DNA of 64,000 nt, from the NCBI GenBank assembly GCA_965243025.1, contig CBDETY010000003.1:1120001-1184000 (forward strand). The letters run 5' to 3'. The notes beneath the pieces are model-generated. The model did not search any database, was not told the origin of the DNA, and saw only the letters and a program-made list of their open reading frames with translations. Origin of the DNA: Candidatus Latescibacterota bacterium (lineage in GTDB: Bacteria; Latescibacterota; UBA2968; UBA8231). Below are positions 38,295 through 48,898 of this stretch, piece after piece (positions within the stretch are counted from its first letter, which is position 1; the number at the start of each line of letters is the position of its first letter). The translations under genes and the position numbers were made by a program.

Positions 38295-39377
38295 TTACCG
38301 ATACCTGTCCCGCAGCAGCCGCGCCCCCCGGCACATGGCCGAGAGCTTGAGGAAGGAGCGGTCGAAGTTCGCGCCGTTGCCCGCGGTGGTGGCGAAGCCG
38401 CAATCCGGATTGAGCGAAATCCTCTCCTTGTCGACGAACCGCATCGCCGCCTTCACCCGCCGGACGACCGTCTCCGGCGTCTCCACCTTCGGACTGCCGG
38501 GCGCTATCACCCCCAGTCCCAGCAGCTTGTCGTCGGGAAACCCCTCCAGCGGCTGCAGCTGCCGCGCCACCGGGCTGTTGAACTCCATCGCGAAGCGGTC
38601 CGCCGGCATTCTCCGCACCGCGCCCATGATCAGGTCGCGGGCCTGCGGGATGACCCGGTTCCGGTCCCCGTGGGCGTGGCACAGGTGGACGCTGAGGAAG
38701 GTGCCGTCGAGTCCCTTCGCGACCTCGCCGATCGTCTCCACGGAGAGCTCCACGGCGGCCTGCAGCGAAGCCGTGTCCGCCTCCAGGCCGTAGGTCTCCG
38801 GGTCGGCGAGGCGCGGCAGCAGCGGCTCGTCGAGCTGAACGGCGTCGACGCCGGACCGGGAGAGGGCGAGGATCTCGTCCCGGAGAACCGGCGCGCAGGC
38901 GCGGGCGAAGCTTTCCCTGGAGGGATAAGCCTCTGCCGAGTGCCGCGGATGCCACAGGAGGTCGGCGACGGCGCAGGGAGAGGGCAGGGGAACGATGATC
39001 CTGCGATCGGTAATGCGGCGCAGGAACTCCGCCTCGTCGCTGACGATGGGGCCCCTGGGCTGAAGCTCCTCGACGACGAAGGCGTGCAGCAGCAGGGGGC
39101 CGCGCTGGACTTTCTCCCGGCGGAAGCCGCCCACCTTGTCGGCGAACACGCGGGTGTAGTTCTCGCGGCGGCACTCCCCGTCGGAGAGGTAGTCGAGGCC
39201 GGCGCGCTCCTGCATCAGGACAGACGACCGGACCGCGGCGTCGAGGAGCTTGTCCGCCCCGGGTGCGCTCAGGCGCCCGGCGATGCGGTCGGCGATGACA
39301 TCCTGCACCCATCGCGGGCGGGGGAGGCTGCCGATCACCATGGTGGGAAAAAGGGTATCCAGTGGAGGTGCGGTCAT
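38295..39377 (-). CDS. Cobalamin-independent methionine synthase II family protein (core MetE-like)
   Basis: IGSLPRP, SDGE.RRE, VQLDEP, Zn ligands HLC and PDCGF. Confidence 0.9.
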   Translation of the reverse strand: MTAPPLDTLFPTMVIGSLPRPRWVQDVIADRIAGRLSAPGADKLLDAAVRSSVLMQERAGLDYLSDGECRRENYTRVFADKVGGFRREKVQRGPLLLHAFVVEELQPRGPIVSDEAEFLRRITDRRIIVPLPSPCAVADLLWHPRHSAEAYPSRESFARACAPVLRDEILALSRSGVDAVQLDEPLLPRLADPETYGLEADTASLQAAVELSVETIGEVAKGLDGTFLSVHLCHAHGDRNRVIPQARDLIMGAVRRMPADRFAMEFNSPVARQLQPLEGFPDDKLLGLGVIAPGSPKVETPETVVRRVKAAMRFVDKERISLNPDCGFATTAGNGANFDRSFLKLSAMCRGARLLRDRYR

Positions 39378-39607
39378 TGAAGGGGTGCCCAGGTCATTTC
39401 AGTCATCCCGAGGTTTCGGCCATCCAAGGAGTTTTGGCGGCGGCTTGGAGCCCGGCCGGGTTGTTGGTTGGCGCGGGAAGCAACGGCAGTCCGGACGGGA
39501 GTCAAGGCACGCCGCGGGAGCACAGGAAGCCATGGAGAGAATGCTCTTCGCTATATTGGTCCGCACCGGAGCCGGCCGCTGTCAATCCACCGGACAGGTC
39601 ACCTGAA

Positions 39608-40429
39608 ATGACAACCCGACTCACAGACGCTCACTTCGAGGAATTCCGTGCCAGAGGCTACCTGATCGTGCGCGATTTCATCTCCGAAAGGCAACGCCGG
39701 GAGATGGCGGCCGCCCTGCGCAGGCTGCTCAGACCCTGGGAGGAAATAAAGGATGATGCACCGGAAGACCGCAGCGACCATCGCATCTTTCCCTATCCCG
39801 AACCCTGTCTGAACCGGGCCATCCTCCATCCCGAGGCCCTCGCATTCGCCAGACGCTGGCACCAGACCGACCACATCCACTACCGCCAGGGTGTGGCCAT
39901 GGTCCGCTATCCCGGTTTTGCCGGCGATTCCGGCAAACCCCACATCGACAACGGCAACAACTCCCTGTTGCCCGCCACCGAGTCCGACCGGCGCCACGCG
40001 CAGATCGTCTTCTGGGTCTTCCCCGAGGACGTGGACGAGGACCAGGCTCCGCTCCGCATCATCGCAACCGCGGGCGGCCGCGACCTCGGCAAGTCCGAAG
40101 TGGCGGCCGTGCCCGGCGGATCAGCAGCCATCTTCCACACTTATACCTGGCATTCGGCCGGCAATTACCTGAGGCCGGACGGCCAGCGCTATTCCTGGAG
40201 CTTCGGGTTCGGGCGGGCGGACCATTACTGGGAAGGCGTCAAGCACTACACCGACCAGGGATCCAACCCGGATTTTCGAGCCTTCATCGGGTCCCTGACG
40301 GCGAAAGAGCGGGAGGTCTTCTGGTTTCCGCCGCCGGGCCATTCCTACTACACCGGCCAGACCCTCGCCTCGCTGGAGGAGCAGTACCCGGGTTGGAATG
40401 CCCGCGGGGAGTACCGGCCGAACAGCTGA
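39608..40429 (+). CDS. PhyH-family Fe(II)/2OG dioxygenase (H-x-D)
   Basis: FRARGY, PHID, IFHTYTWHSA...R. Confidence 0.85.
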   Translation: MTTRLTDAHFEEFRARGYLIVRDFISERQRREMAAALRRLLRPWEEIKDDAPEDRSDHRIFPYPEPCLNRAILHPEALAFARRWHQTDHIHYRQGVAMVRYPGFAGDSGKPHIDNGNNSLLPATESDRRHAQIVFWVFPEDVDEDQAPLRIIATAGGRDLGKSEVAAVPGGSAAIFHTYTWHSAGNYLRPDGQRYSWSFGFGRADHYWEGVKHYTDQGSNPDFRAFIGSLTAKEREVFWFPPPGHSYYTGQTLASLEEQYPGWNARGEYRPNS

Positions 40430-40589
40430 AAGTTGCCGACCGGATATCCGGCGGAGAACCGCAGGTGTCAGGGCGGGGCCCGAAACGTACGCGTCCTGCT
40501 CGGAGCGCCGGCCACCTGGGGCGAGCCGGCGCCCCGGGTGTCTGCCCGGCGCCGCCCCCCGGCCGGAACAGCGACTTGTCAACGGGCTG

Positions 40590-41609
40590 TCACAGCCGGC
40601 TCCAGTCGAAGACGGCTCCGAGGTACTCCTCCCGCTTGGAGGTCAGCCCATCGTAGATGCGCTGGCAGTCCGCCGGCGGGGCGAGCTGGTCGAGCAGCGG
40701 CGCCACCCGCAGCTTCCCAGATGCGATCCAGTCGGCGATCTGCCGGTAGTTGGCCGCCAGGTCCCGGGTCCGCTCGCTCTCGTGCATGGGCCAGCGCCAC
40801 TCCAGGGAGCCGATCATGCGGATCGCCTCGAGGTGGAGCCGCAGCAGCATGGGGGTGACGTCGAAGGTCGCCGGCGCCCTCGGGCTCCCGAGCAGGATCA
40901 CCTCCCCGTGGCGGGCGGTCTGGGCGACCGCCTGGCCGACGACTTCGCTGACGCCGATCGCCTCGACGGCGATGCGGGCCTTGCGTCCCTCCGTCCACTC
41001 GTCGACCGCTTCACCGAGATCGTCGGCCGCCGGATTGACGGTCCGCTCGATGCCGCACTCCCGCGCCCGCCGCAGCCGGTAGTCCGACAGGTCGGCGGCC
41101 ATGACGTCGGCCCCGGCCATCCGGAAGAGCTGGGCGGCGAAGTTGCCGACCAGCCCCATCCCCATGACCAGAACCGTGTCGCCCGGCTGCACCGACGACG
41201 AGCGCAGGGCGGCGATGCTGACCCCGGCCATGCGCGAGAAAACCATCTGCTCCCCCGGGGCGTCACGGGGGACCGGAAGGGCGAAGCGGCCTGCGTCCGC
41301 CTTGACGACGCTGGCGTGGCTGGAAAAGCTCAGCACGCGGTCGCCGGGACGGCACATCAGATCCCCGGAACCGACGGCGATCACCTCGCCGAGATTGCCG
41401 TACCCCGTGGGGCGCGGGTACCTGCCGGCATCGCCGAACGGCATCTCCTTCACCAGGCCGGTGAACCCGGCCCCCTCGGTCCCGGCGCTGACGATGGAGT
41501 ACTCTGTGCGCACCAGGGCCTCGTGCGGTGCCAGCTCCTCGTCGAGCGCCGCCGCCTGCAGCTCGATGCTTCCGGGTTCGGTTACGATCAGCCGATGTGT
41601 TTCCAACAC
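40590..41609 (-). CDS. MDR/zinc-binding alcohol dehydrogenase family protein
   Basis: SAGTE, GY...GEVIAVG, GMGLVG. Confidence 0.88.
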   Translation of the reverse strand: MLETHRLIVTEPGSIELQAAALDEELAPHEALVRTEYSIVSAGTEGAGFTGLVKEMPFGDAGRYPRPTGYGNLGEVIAVGSGDLMCRPGDRVLSFSSHASVVKADAGRFALPVPRDAPGEQMVFSRMAGVSIAALRSSSVQPGDTVLVMGMGLVGNFAAQLFRMAGADVMAADLSDYRLRRARECGIERTVNPAADDLGEAVDEWTEGRKARIAVEAIGVSEVVGQAVAQTARHGEVILLGSPRAPATFDVTPMLLRLHLEAIRMIGSLEWRWPMHESERTRDLAANYRQIADWIASGKLRVAPLLDQLAPPADCQRIYDGLTSKREEYLGAVFDWSRL

Positions 41610-41708
41610 TTCATCCTCCGAACAGTTGAACGGCCCCGCGGCGACTGGACATCCCCCGCGGGAGCGCATAAAGTAGTCGCCCCGGTAACCCGGACCAGCA
41701 ATCGGACG

Positions 41709-42485
41709 ATGAGCTACCTCGAGCAGTTGTTCTCCCTGGAAGGGAAGCTGGCGGTCGTAACCGGCGGCAGCCGGGGCCTGGGCCGGGGCATGGCGGAGGC
41801 CCTGCTGGGAGCCGGCGCCGAGGTCGTCCTGGTGAGTGCCGACCGGGATCGGTTGCAGGCGGCAACCGCGGAGCTTCGCGCCTCCGGGCGGAAAGCCTCC
41901 TCCTGCCGCTGCGACCTGCAGTCGGCCGCCGAGATCGACCGCCTGTGCCGCTTCGTCGAGAAGGAGCACGGCGGTCTCGACGTACTCGTCAACGCCGCCG
42001 GGGTCACCACCGGCTGGAACGAGGTGCTCGAGTACCCGGACGAGGCCTGGGAGAAGACCCTGAAGATCAACCTCGAGGCCCCGTTCAGGTTGTGCCGCGG
42101 AATGGCGCGGCTGATGGCGGAGAAGGGCGGGGCCATCGTCAACGTCACCAGCCTGGCGGTTGAACGGGGGGCTCCCGACAACCCCGCTTACGGCGCCGCC
42201 AAGGGGGGACTGCGGTCGATGACGAGGTCCCTGGCGGTGAGCCTGGGGAAGTACGGAATCCGCGTAAACAACATCGGCCCCGGGTACATCCGGACCGACA
42301 TGACCGGCCTCAGCTGGAACGACCCCGGGCTGCGCGAACGGCGCCGGCAGGCGACGATCCTCAAGCGCTGGGGGCGGCCGGAGGACCTCGCCGGAACGGT
42401 GCTCCTGCTGGCATCCGACGCCGGCAGGTACATAACCGGCCAGGACATCTACGTCGACGGCGGCTGGCTGGCAAACTTCGATTGA
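41709..42485 (+). CDS. SDR oxidoreductase (gluconate 5-dehydrogenase-like)
   Basis: [26 protein letters not shown]. Confidence 0.9.
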   Translation: MSYLEQLFSLEGKLAVVTGGSRGLGRGMAEALLGAGAEVVLVSADRDRLQAATAELRASGRKASSCRCDLQSAAEIDRLCRFVEKEHGGLDVLVNAAGVTTGWNEVLEYPDEAWEKTLKINLEAPFRLCRGMARLMAEKGGAIVNVTSLAVERGAPDNPAYGAAKGGLRSMTRSLAVSLGKYGIRVNNIGPGYIRTDMTGLSWNDPGLRERRRQATILKRWGRPEDLAGTVLLLASDAGRYITGQDIYVDGGWLANFD

Positions 42486-42490
42486 GAGAA

Positions 42491-43528
42491 ATGGCAGACA
42501 GAACAGTAGACCTGAGAAGCGACACCACGACGCGGCCGACCGCGGAGATGCGCGCCGCCATGGAGGCGGCCGAGGTAGGCGACGACGCCTTCGGCGAGGA
42601 TCCGACCGTCAACCTCCTGCAGGAGAAGGCGGCCGCAAGGCTGGGAATGGAGGCGGCCCTGCTGGTGCCCTCCGGGACCATGGGGAACGGCCTCGCCCTG
42701 ATGGTCCACACCGAGCCTGGGGACACCTTCTTCAGCCACGAGCGCGGCCACGTGATGGGGAGGACCCCGTTCCACACCGCCGCCGGAATCGAGCCGCGCA
42801 CCTTCGCCACGGAGTTCGGGGTGATCGCTCCGGACGAGCTGGCCGGCCTCGTGCAACAGGACCGCTCCGCCGGCGGCCACCCCGGCCTGCTGTGCCTGGA
42901 GAACAGCCACAACCACAGCGGCGGCTACGCCTGGCTGCCGGAGGAGGTCGCCGCCGCAGGCGGGGCCGCCCGCGACCTCGGACTGAAGGTCCACATGGAC
43001 GGGGCGCGCATGTTCAACTCCTGCGTCGCCCTCGGCGTCGAGCCGGCCCGGTACGCAGGGCACGTCGACTCGGTGATGTTCTGCGTCTCCAAGGGGCTGA
43101 GCGCCCCGGTCGGCTCGCTCCTGTGCGGAAGCCGCGCCTTCATCGACCGGGCGCGCAAGGTGCGCAGCAGCATCGGGGGGACGATGCGCCAGGCCGGCAC
43201 GGTGGCGGCCGCCGGCATCCTCGCCCTCGACAGGATGGTCGACCGACTGGCCGAGGATCACCTGCACGCGCGCATGCTGTTCGAGGGGCTGAACGGGATC
43301 GCGGGGATTTCCCCGAGGCAGCCGCCGAATCCGACCAACTTCGTAATGGTCGACGCCGCAGGGCTGGGGTGGTCGAGCTCCGACCTCGATGAAAGGGTCG
43401 CCGCGGAGGGGGTGCTGACGATCAGGAGGCCGCCGAAGGATCTCAGGCTGGTGCTGCACCGTCACCTGGGCCCGGAGGACGTCGAGTTCGCCGTCGGGGC
43501 GTTCGCCCGGGCGGCGGCAGCCGCCTGA
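42491..43528 (+). CDS. ltaE: Low-specificity L-threonine aldolase
   Basis: [33 protein letters not shown]. Confidence 0.9.
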   Translation: MADRTVDLRSDTTTRPTAEMRAAMEAAEVGDDAFGEDPTVNLLQEKAAARLGMEAALLVPSGTMGNGLALMVHTEPGDTFFSHERGHVMGRTPFHTAAGIEPRTFATEFGVIAPDELAGLVQQDRSAGGHPGLLCLENSHNHSGGYAWLPEEVAAAGGAARDLGLKVHMDGARMFNSCVALGVEPARYAGHVDSVMFCVSKGLSAPVGSLLCGSRAFIDRARKVRSSIGGTMRQAGTVAAAGILALDRMVDRLAEDHLHARMLFEGLNGIAGISPRQPPNPTNFVMVDAAGLGWSSSDLDERVAAEGVLTIRRPPKDLRLVLHRHLGPEDVEFAVGAFARAAAAA

Positions 43529-43687
43529 TTCCGGGGTAGCGGATTCCATTCCGGCCGGCGGGAGCGCACGCGCTTTTCGGACCGCTTTGTCCGAGGGTTC
43601 GGCACGAGTCCGAAGGGCTCGCGGCCGCAAGGGCCGGCCGCAGCCCGGACCTTTCAGCGAATTGCTGATGACGGGAACGAGGAGAGC

Positions 43688-44635
43688 ATGATACGAGTTG
43701 CTGTAATCGGTTGCGGCGGCCGCGGGCGCGGCGAGCTGGAGAACCTGTCCCGGTTCGACGACGTCGAGCTGGCCGCGGTCTGCGATCCGGTGGCGGAGGC
43801 CCGCGACCGGGCTGCCGACGCGCACGGCATCAAGCGCCGCCACGAGTCTATCGAGGAGATGCTGGACGCCGGCGGAATCGACGCCGTCTGGGTGACCACC
43901 CCGGCCCATCTCAACGCCCCGTCCGCCCTGCCCTGTCTCGAGGCAGGGGTGCACACCCTGCTCGAAAAACCGCCCGGCATGTACGTCGAGGAGACGCGCC
44001 GCCTGCGCGATGCGGCGAAGGCCTCCGGAGCCAAGGGGATGGTCGGCTGGCAGCGGCGCTTCGACCCCATGGTGGTCGAGGCTCGCCGGGCGATCCTCGA
44101 GCGCGGACCGATCGTCCAGCTCGTCGGGGAGTTCCACAAGAGCATGTCCGGCTTCGAACGGGACGGGCGCTTCCCGGAGATCGTCATGGAGCGGATGCTG
44201 ATGGAGTCGCCGATCCACGCCATCGACCTGGTGAGGTCCCTGGCCGGATCCGACGTCGCCGAGGTGCACGGCATCGTCAAGCGGCGCTTCTCGAAGTACA
44301 ACGACGTGCACGCGGCCCTGGTGCTGTTCGAGAACGGCTGCGTAGCCCACCTGAGCGCCAACTACACCACCGACGCGCGGCTCGAGCGCTACGAAATCCA
44401 CGGCCGCGAAATCTCCGCCTACCTCGAGGGGATCCGGACCGGCAAGCTGGTCTGCGACGGGCAGGTGCGCGAGCTGACCAAGGATGATTCCGAGACTCAG
44501 CGCGACAAGGACCGCCATTTTCTCGACTGCATCCGCGACGGCCGGCCCGTCGGATTGCCGGGGGCCGACCTCGACGAGGCGGTCAAGACGATGGAGCTGG
44601 CCGAGGCGATCCTCGCGGGGTTGCGCCCGGACTGA
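43688..44635 (+). CDS. Gfo/Idh/MocA family oxidoreductase
   Basis: IGCGGRG, EKPPG, IHAID. Confidence 0.9.
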   Translation: MIRVAVIGCGGRGRGELENLSRFDDVELAAVCDPVAEARDRAADAHGIKRRHESIEEMLDAGGIDAVWVTTPAHLNAPSALPCLEAGVHTLLEKPPGMYVEETRRLRDAAKASGAKGMVGWQRRFDPMVVEARRAILERGPIVQLVGEFHKSMSGFERDGRFPEIVMERMLMESPIHAIDLVRSLAGSDVAEVHGIVKRRFSKYNDVHAALVLFENGCVAHLSANYTTDARLERYEIHGREISAYLEGIRTGKLVCDGQVRELTKDDSETQRDKDRHFLDCIRDGRPVGLPGADLDEAVKTMELAEAILAGLRPD

Positions 44636-44646
44636 GAGGGAACGCC

Positions 44647-44730
44647 GTGAAACTGAGCTTCCACACCTGCGGGCTGGAGCGGTACTCCCTGGAGGGGATA
44701 TTCGACCTGGCGGCCAGGACCGGGCTGTAG
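44647..44730 (+). pseudogene. N-terminal remnant of a sugar-phosphate isomerase/epimerase (xylose-isomerase-like TIM barrel)
   Basis: RBS GAGGG then GTG-KLSFHTCGLERYSLEGIFDLAARTGL-stop; resembles the typical N-terminus of the family but ends after 27 aa. Confidence 0.55.
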
Positions 44731-44732
44731 CG

Positions 44733-45710
44733 ATGGCTGCCGGCGACCTGCCCAAAGTCCGCTTCGGCCGCACCGATCTCATGGTGTCGCGGCTCTGCCA
44801 GGGAACTGCCTTCCGCACGATGGCGCGCAGCGAAGCCAACGAGAGGGGGGTCGAGGTGCTGCGCTACTGTCTCGATGCCGGGGTCAACTTCTTCGATTCC
44901 GCCATCGCCTACGGCTGGGGAGGCGCGGAGAAGGCCCTCGGCAGGGCGGTCGCCGGACGCCGCGACCGGGCGGTAATCTGCACCAAGGTCCCCACCACGC
45001 ATCCCCCGCCCTCCGGCGGGGAGCCGGGGGAGCCGGCGGCGTTCACTCCCGCCAACCTCGAAAGTCAGCTGCACGGGTCCCTGCGCCGGCTCGGGACCGA
45101 CTATCTCGACCTGTTCCTCCTCCACCAGCCGGACGGTGTCACCGGTGCCGGGGATATCTGCGCGGCGATGGACGCCTTCGTGCGGGCCGGCAAGATCCGC
45201 TACTGGGGGATCTCCAACCATTCCGCCGCGGCGGTCTCCGAGCTGCACGAAACCGCCCTGGCGGCAGGAACCAGCCCTCCCGCCGGGATCGAGGATTACT
45301 ACACGGTGGCCGGGGTCACCGTATCGGATGACAACCAGGCACGCACCCGCCTGTTCGAGCGCGAGATGTTCCCGCTGGTCGGCGAGCTGGGCTTGGGGGT
45401 TATGACCTTCAGCCCGATGGACCAGGGGTTCCTGGCCCCGGGAAGGAAGGTCGAGCACGGCCCCCCGATGGAGGGGATCCTCGCCGAGCTCGACGCGGTC
45501 GCCGGGGAGCTGGGGGTATCGCGGGCCGCGGTCTGCGCCGCCTGGGTGCTGGCGCGCCCCGAGGTGACCAGCGTCCTCGCGGGAAGCGAAAGCGAGGAGC
45601 ACGTCGACCAGATGCTGGACGGGACAGCGCTCTGTGTCCCCGCCGAGCTGATGGACCGGCTCGACGCGGCGAGCCACCGTTTCACGAACGAGATGGAGCA
45701 GCGGGCCTGA
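44733..45710 (+). CDS. Aldo/keto reductase
   Basis: GVNFFDSAIAYG, SLRRLGTDYLDLFLLH, GKIRYWGISN. Confidence 0.9.
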   Translation: MAAGDLPKVRFGRTDLMVSRLCQGTAFRTMARSEANERGVEVLRYCLDAGVNFFDSAIAYGWGGAEKALGRAVAGRRDRAVICTKVPTTHPPPSGGEPGEPAAFTPANLESQLHGSLRRLGTDYLDLFLLHQPDGVTGAGDICAAMDAFVRAGKIRYWGISNHSAAAVSELHETALAAGTSPPAGIEDYYTVAGVTVSDDNQARTRLFEREMFPLVGELGLGVMTFSPMDQGFLAPGRKVEHGPPMEGILAELDAVAGELGVSRAAVCAAWVLARPEVTSVLAGSESEEHVDQMLDGTALCVPAELMDRLDAASHRFTNEMEQRA

Positions 45711-45711
45711 C

Positions 45712-46155
45712 ATGAACGCGCCCGGCTCCGTCTCCCTGCGGATCGCCCACAGAACAGCCGCCCAACCGGACGCTGTTTTCGCCGCCTTCACCGATCCGGA
45801 GCAGCTGATGGACTGGTGGGGCCCTCCCGGATTCACCGCCCCGAGCGCCGAGGTCGACCTGAGGGCAGGCGGCGCCTACCGCCTGGAGATGCAGGCCCCG
45901 GACGGGGACCACATGTTCGTCAAGGGGATTTTCCGGGAAATCCTCCCGCCCCGCAGGCTGGTCATGACCTGGGAATGGGAGCAGACCAGCATGGACGGGG
46001 AGGTTTCAACAGTGACCATCGAGTTCCGCCGCAGCGGCAAGGGAACCGCGATCGACCTGCTGCACCAGGGATTCAGCTCCGAGGATGTCGGCGCCCGTCA
46101 CCAGAGCGGCTGGGAAGGATGCCTCGCCTCCCTGGACGCGCACCTGGCCGCGTAG
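45712..46155 (+). CDS. SRPBCC/AHSA1-like domain protein
   Basis: VFAAFTDPEQLMDWWGP, DLRAGGAY, HQSGW. Confidence 0.9.
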   Translation: MNAPGSVSLRIAHRTAAQPDAVFAAFTDPEQLMDWWGPPGFTAPSAEVDLRAGGAYRLEMQAPDGDHMFVKGIFREILPPRRLVMTWEWEQTSMDGEVSTVTIEFRRSGKGTAIDLLHQGFSSEDVGARHQSGWEGCLASLDAHLAA

Positions 46156-46324
46156 CACAGCGACCGGCAGCGGGGGTGACTCCGAGAGCACGGCATCGAC
46201 TGCCTCGATGCCCTCGAGTCCGCCCCGGCCTCGGAAAAGACTCGACCGTGCAAGGCTCGGAGCAACCAGGGAGAAGATCGCCCGCCAACATCGCCGCGCG
46301 GCGGGCTGGAGGAGCAGCTCGCTC

Positions 46325-47326
46325 CTACCTCGGGGACGCGAACAGGAATGACAACAGCGAGAAGCGCTCCCCCGAAGTCACCGGGAGCACCTCGTGCAGA
46401 AGCGAGCTGGAAAAGAGGATGGCCGCCCCTGCCGGTGGGCGGTACAGGTCAGGGCCGTACTCGGGGAAGCGCAGCTCGCCTCCCTCGAAGCCGCCGTTGA
46501 GATTGACGGTGAGCCCGAAACGGCGGTGCGCCGTCGACGGGCTGAGATTGTCCCGGTGGGCGTGGAAGAAACCGCCTTCCTCGGCCCCGTAACAGACGAT
46601 CTTGAACCCCTCGAAACGGCTGGCCCGGTAGGCGAAGGCCTTGTGCAGCTCGGGGATGACCCGGCGCCCGACATGCGAGGTCAGCCGCTGCAGCAGCCCG
46701 GGATCGCCGACCACGTGGTCGCGGCGCCGCTTGCGGTCTCCGGCGACGACACCGACGCGGCGCCCCCCCAGACTCGCCTCCACCCCGGCAGGGGCGGCTC
46801 CCTCCCGCCGCCACACCGAGATCAACTCCGCGCCCCAGGCCCCGTCCAGCACCCTCGGGACCAGGAGCACGGGCGCAGGTGATTCGACGAGCTGTCCTTC
46901 CCGCCGGCTGCAGGCCGCAGCGAGGAGCGCGGCCACTCCAGCTGCCGCCTTGGCCGGGTCGGCGAGACCCCACCACCCGAGGATGCGCAGGTTTTCGTCG
47001 AGGAGACAGGCCGTCGGTTTCGAGGCGACCCCGTACGGCTCGCTGACCGCGGTTCCGGGCTCGGTGAAGGTGTCGAAGGAGAACGGCGTTTCCCCGCTGG
47101 GGCGGCCTCCCCCGGATATGACCCCCAGGATTTCCACCCTGCCCTCGCAGGCGCGGGCAAGGGCGGCGGCGAACTTTTCGACCGCGGCCTCCTGGGAGCG
47201 GTCGGCGAAGATCAGGGCGCACGGCACGCCGCCGGCGCGGCCGTAGAAACGCACCGGGTCCCCGGAAGGGCAGGGCAGGGCGAAGTCCGGGGCGCGCATG
47301 CCCGGCGCCAGGGGGCCGCCGCTCAC
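46325..47326 (-). CDS. Redoxin (AhpC/TSA-like, no CxxC) fused to a 2OG-Fe(II) oxygenase
   Basis: APDFALP N-terminus; HRD, FEGGELRFPEY, LLHEVLPVTSGER. Confidence 0.85.
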   Translation of the reverse strand: MSGGPLAPGMRAPDFALPCPSGDPVRFYGRAGGVPCALIFADRSQEAAVEKFAAALARACEGRVEILGVISGGGRPSGETPFSFDTFTEPGTAVSEPYGVASKPTACLLDENLRILGWWGLADPAKAAAGVAALLAAACSRREGQLVESPAPVLLVPRVLDGAWGAELISVWRREGAAPAGVEASLGGRRVGVVAGDRKRRRDHVVGDPGLLQRLTSHVGRRVIPELHKAFAYRASRFEGFKIVCYGAEEGGFFHAHRDNLSPSTAHRRFGLTVNLNGGFEGGELRFPEYGPDLYRPPAGAAILFSSSLLHEVLPVTSGERFSLLSFLFASPR

Positions 47327-47668
47327 CGGACCCGGTCCCGGGATGGAGGCAGATGGATGAAACGCAGGGAAATCGCTCGTACCGGCCGGCGCTGGATTCG
47401 CATTGCGGGCATTCGAAGATCCACTCGAATTTCTCCCCGGGAACGTTTCGTCCCTCGACGCAGTTGTACCGGTGAAACCTTCCCCCCTCGTGCCTTTCCC
47501 GCGGGCAGACGACCCTGCCCCGGACCCGGGCTGTTGCAGCCGGGGGGCGCAAGCGATGGAGGGGACCCCGTCTCCTTCCTTACTTTCCCGTGACTGGCAG
47601 GGTTGACGGCGCCGCCCGGGTCGCGGTGTTCGAAGGGCATGGCATCTGCTGGGGGGTGAGCGACAAAC

Positions 47669-48898
47669 ATGAAAGGGCCGTTTCCACATGGCAAGCAGAC
47701 TGCGGGGGTCTCCATGCTGCTGGCCTCGGCACTCGTCGGTTGCTACACCCTGTCCGGCCGTTCGGACGACTTCGGCAGTGGGGCCGGCCACCTCGATGAA
47801 CGCTCGCTCGGCCAGACGCGCACGGCCGCGGCGAGGGAGGGTCAGGCCGTCGTCCTCCACCTCGAAAGCCCCGAGGCGGTGAATGCCCACCGCGGCGATA
47901 CGGGAGAGACAGGAACAGACGTGATTCCCTATGTCTTCGAGCGCCGGTCGCGCCGAACCCTGCGCATCGGGAGCTGGGCGCGCGCTTCGAGCCGGGTCGA
48001 GCTTGTCGATGCTGCCGGAGCGGTTCTGCTCACCGTCAGCGGGGCCTCACCGTCGGCCTCGGCCGAGGTTCCCCCCGGGCGCTACCGACTCCGCGTGTCC
48101 AAGGGCGAGGGGCGCAGGGGGGTGGGAACGCTGTTCGTTCGGCCCGACACGATGGTGGTCTCCAAGGACTGCCCCGGCTGCAGCCTTTCCGGGGCCGACC
48201 TCAGGAGGGCGCGGCTGGCGGCGGCGAACCTGACCGGGGCTCGCCTGAGAACCGCGGACCTCAGCCATGCGGACCTGACCGGGGCCAGGCTTTCCGGCGC
48301 CGACCTCCAGGGGGCGGTTGCCAACCGGGCGCGCATGTCCGGGGCGAACCTGAGGGAGGGGGATCTTTCCTCGTCCGACGTGATCGCCTGCGACCTGTCC
48401 GGGGCGGATCTCGGAGGGGCCGTTGCCCGCGACGCCAGCTTCGACAGCACGGCCCTGAAGGAGGCCGTCCTCTCCGGTGCCGACCTGACGCGGGCGACCC
48501 TGCGCGGCGTCGTGCTCAGCGGCGCGGACCTGCGCGGGGCCCGTTTCGTGCGCTCCGAGCTCGACGGGGCGGTCCTGAAGTCCGCACACCTGGGAGATTC
48601 CGATTTCGAGGGTGCGCGGCTGGTGGGGGCCGACCTCGGGGAAACCGTAATCGACAAGGTCAACTTCATCGCCGCCGACCTGCGCCGGGCCAACCTGAAG
48701 GGGGCCCGCCTGCGGCGGGTCAAGTTCCAGGGTTCCAGCCTGATCGGCGCAACGTGGACAGACGGGACGGTTTGCGGATACGGATCGCTGGGGCGCTGTA
48801 TTCCGATGCCCCCGGGAATGCTGCTGCCGGGGCTGATCCGGTCCGTGGTCCCGGCGGATTCGGGGGCTGTCGAGGCTCCGGGGAGGTCAGACAAGTGA
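47669..48898 (+). CDS. Pentapeptide-repeat lipoprotein
   Basis: Lipobox LVGC; long A(D/N)LxG pentapeptide tract flanked by CPGC and WTDGTVC...C. Confidence 0.85.
   Translation: MKGPFPHGKQTAGVSMLLASALVGCYTLSGRSDDFGSGAGHLDERSLGQTRTAAAREGQAVVLHLESPEAVNAHRGDTGETGTDVIPYVFERRSRRTLRIGSWARASSRVELVDAAGAVLLTVSGASPSASAEVPPGRYRLRVSKGEGRRGVGTLFVRPDTMVVSKDCPGCSLSGADLRRARLAAANLTGARLRTADLSHADLTGARLSGADLQGAVANRARMSGANLREGDLSSSDVIACDLSGADLGGAVARDASFDSTALKEAVLSGADLTRATLRGVVLSGADLRGARFVRSELDGAVLKSAHLGDSDFEGARLVGADLGETVIDKVNFIAADLRRANLKGARLRRVKFQGSSLIGATWTDGTVCGYGSLGRCIPMPPGMLLPGLIRSVVPADSGAVEAPGRSDK

Noticed and set aside
39378-39607. Cobalamin or SAM riboswitch upstream of the MetE-like gene
   Set aside because: No B12-box or SAM-I consensus could be recognised on the minus strand by eye. 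An Infernal/Rfam scan would settle it.
47330-47552. Cys-rich minus-strand reading (…WIFECPQCES…) suggesting a small zinc-ribbon protein
   Set aside because: The frame runs on out-of-frame through the oxygenase gene without its own stop, and has no clear RBS or codon bias.
47669-48898. Qnr/MfpA-like quinolone resistance protein
   Set aside because: It has a lipoprotein signal and an extra N-terminal domain, so it is exported and unlikely to protect gyrase.
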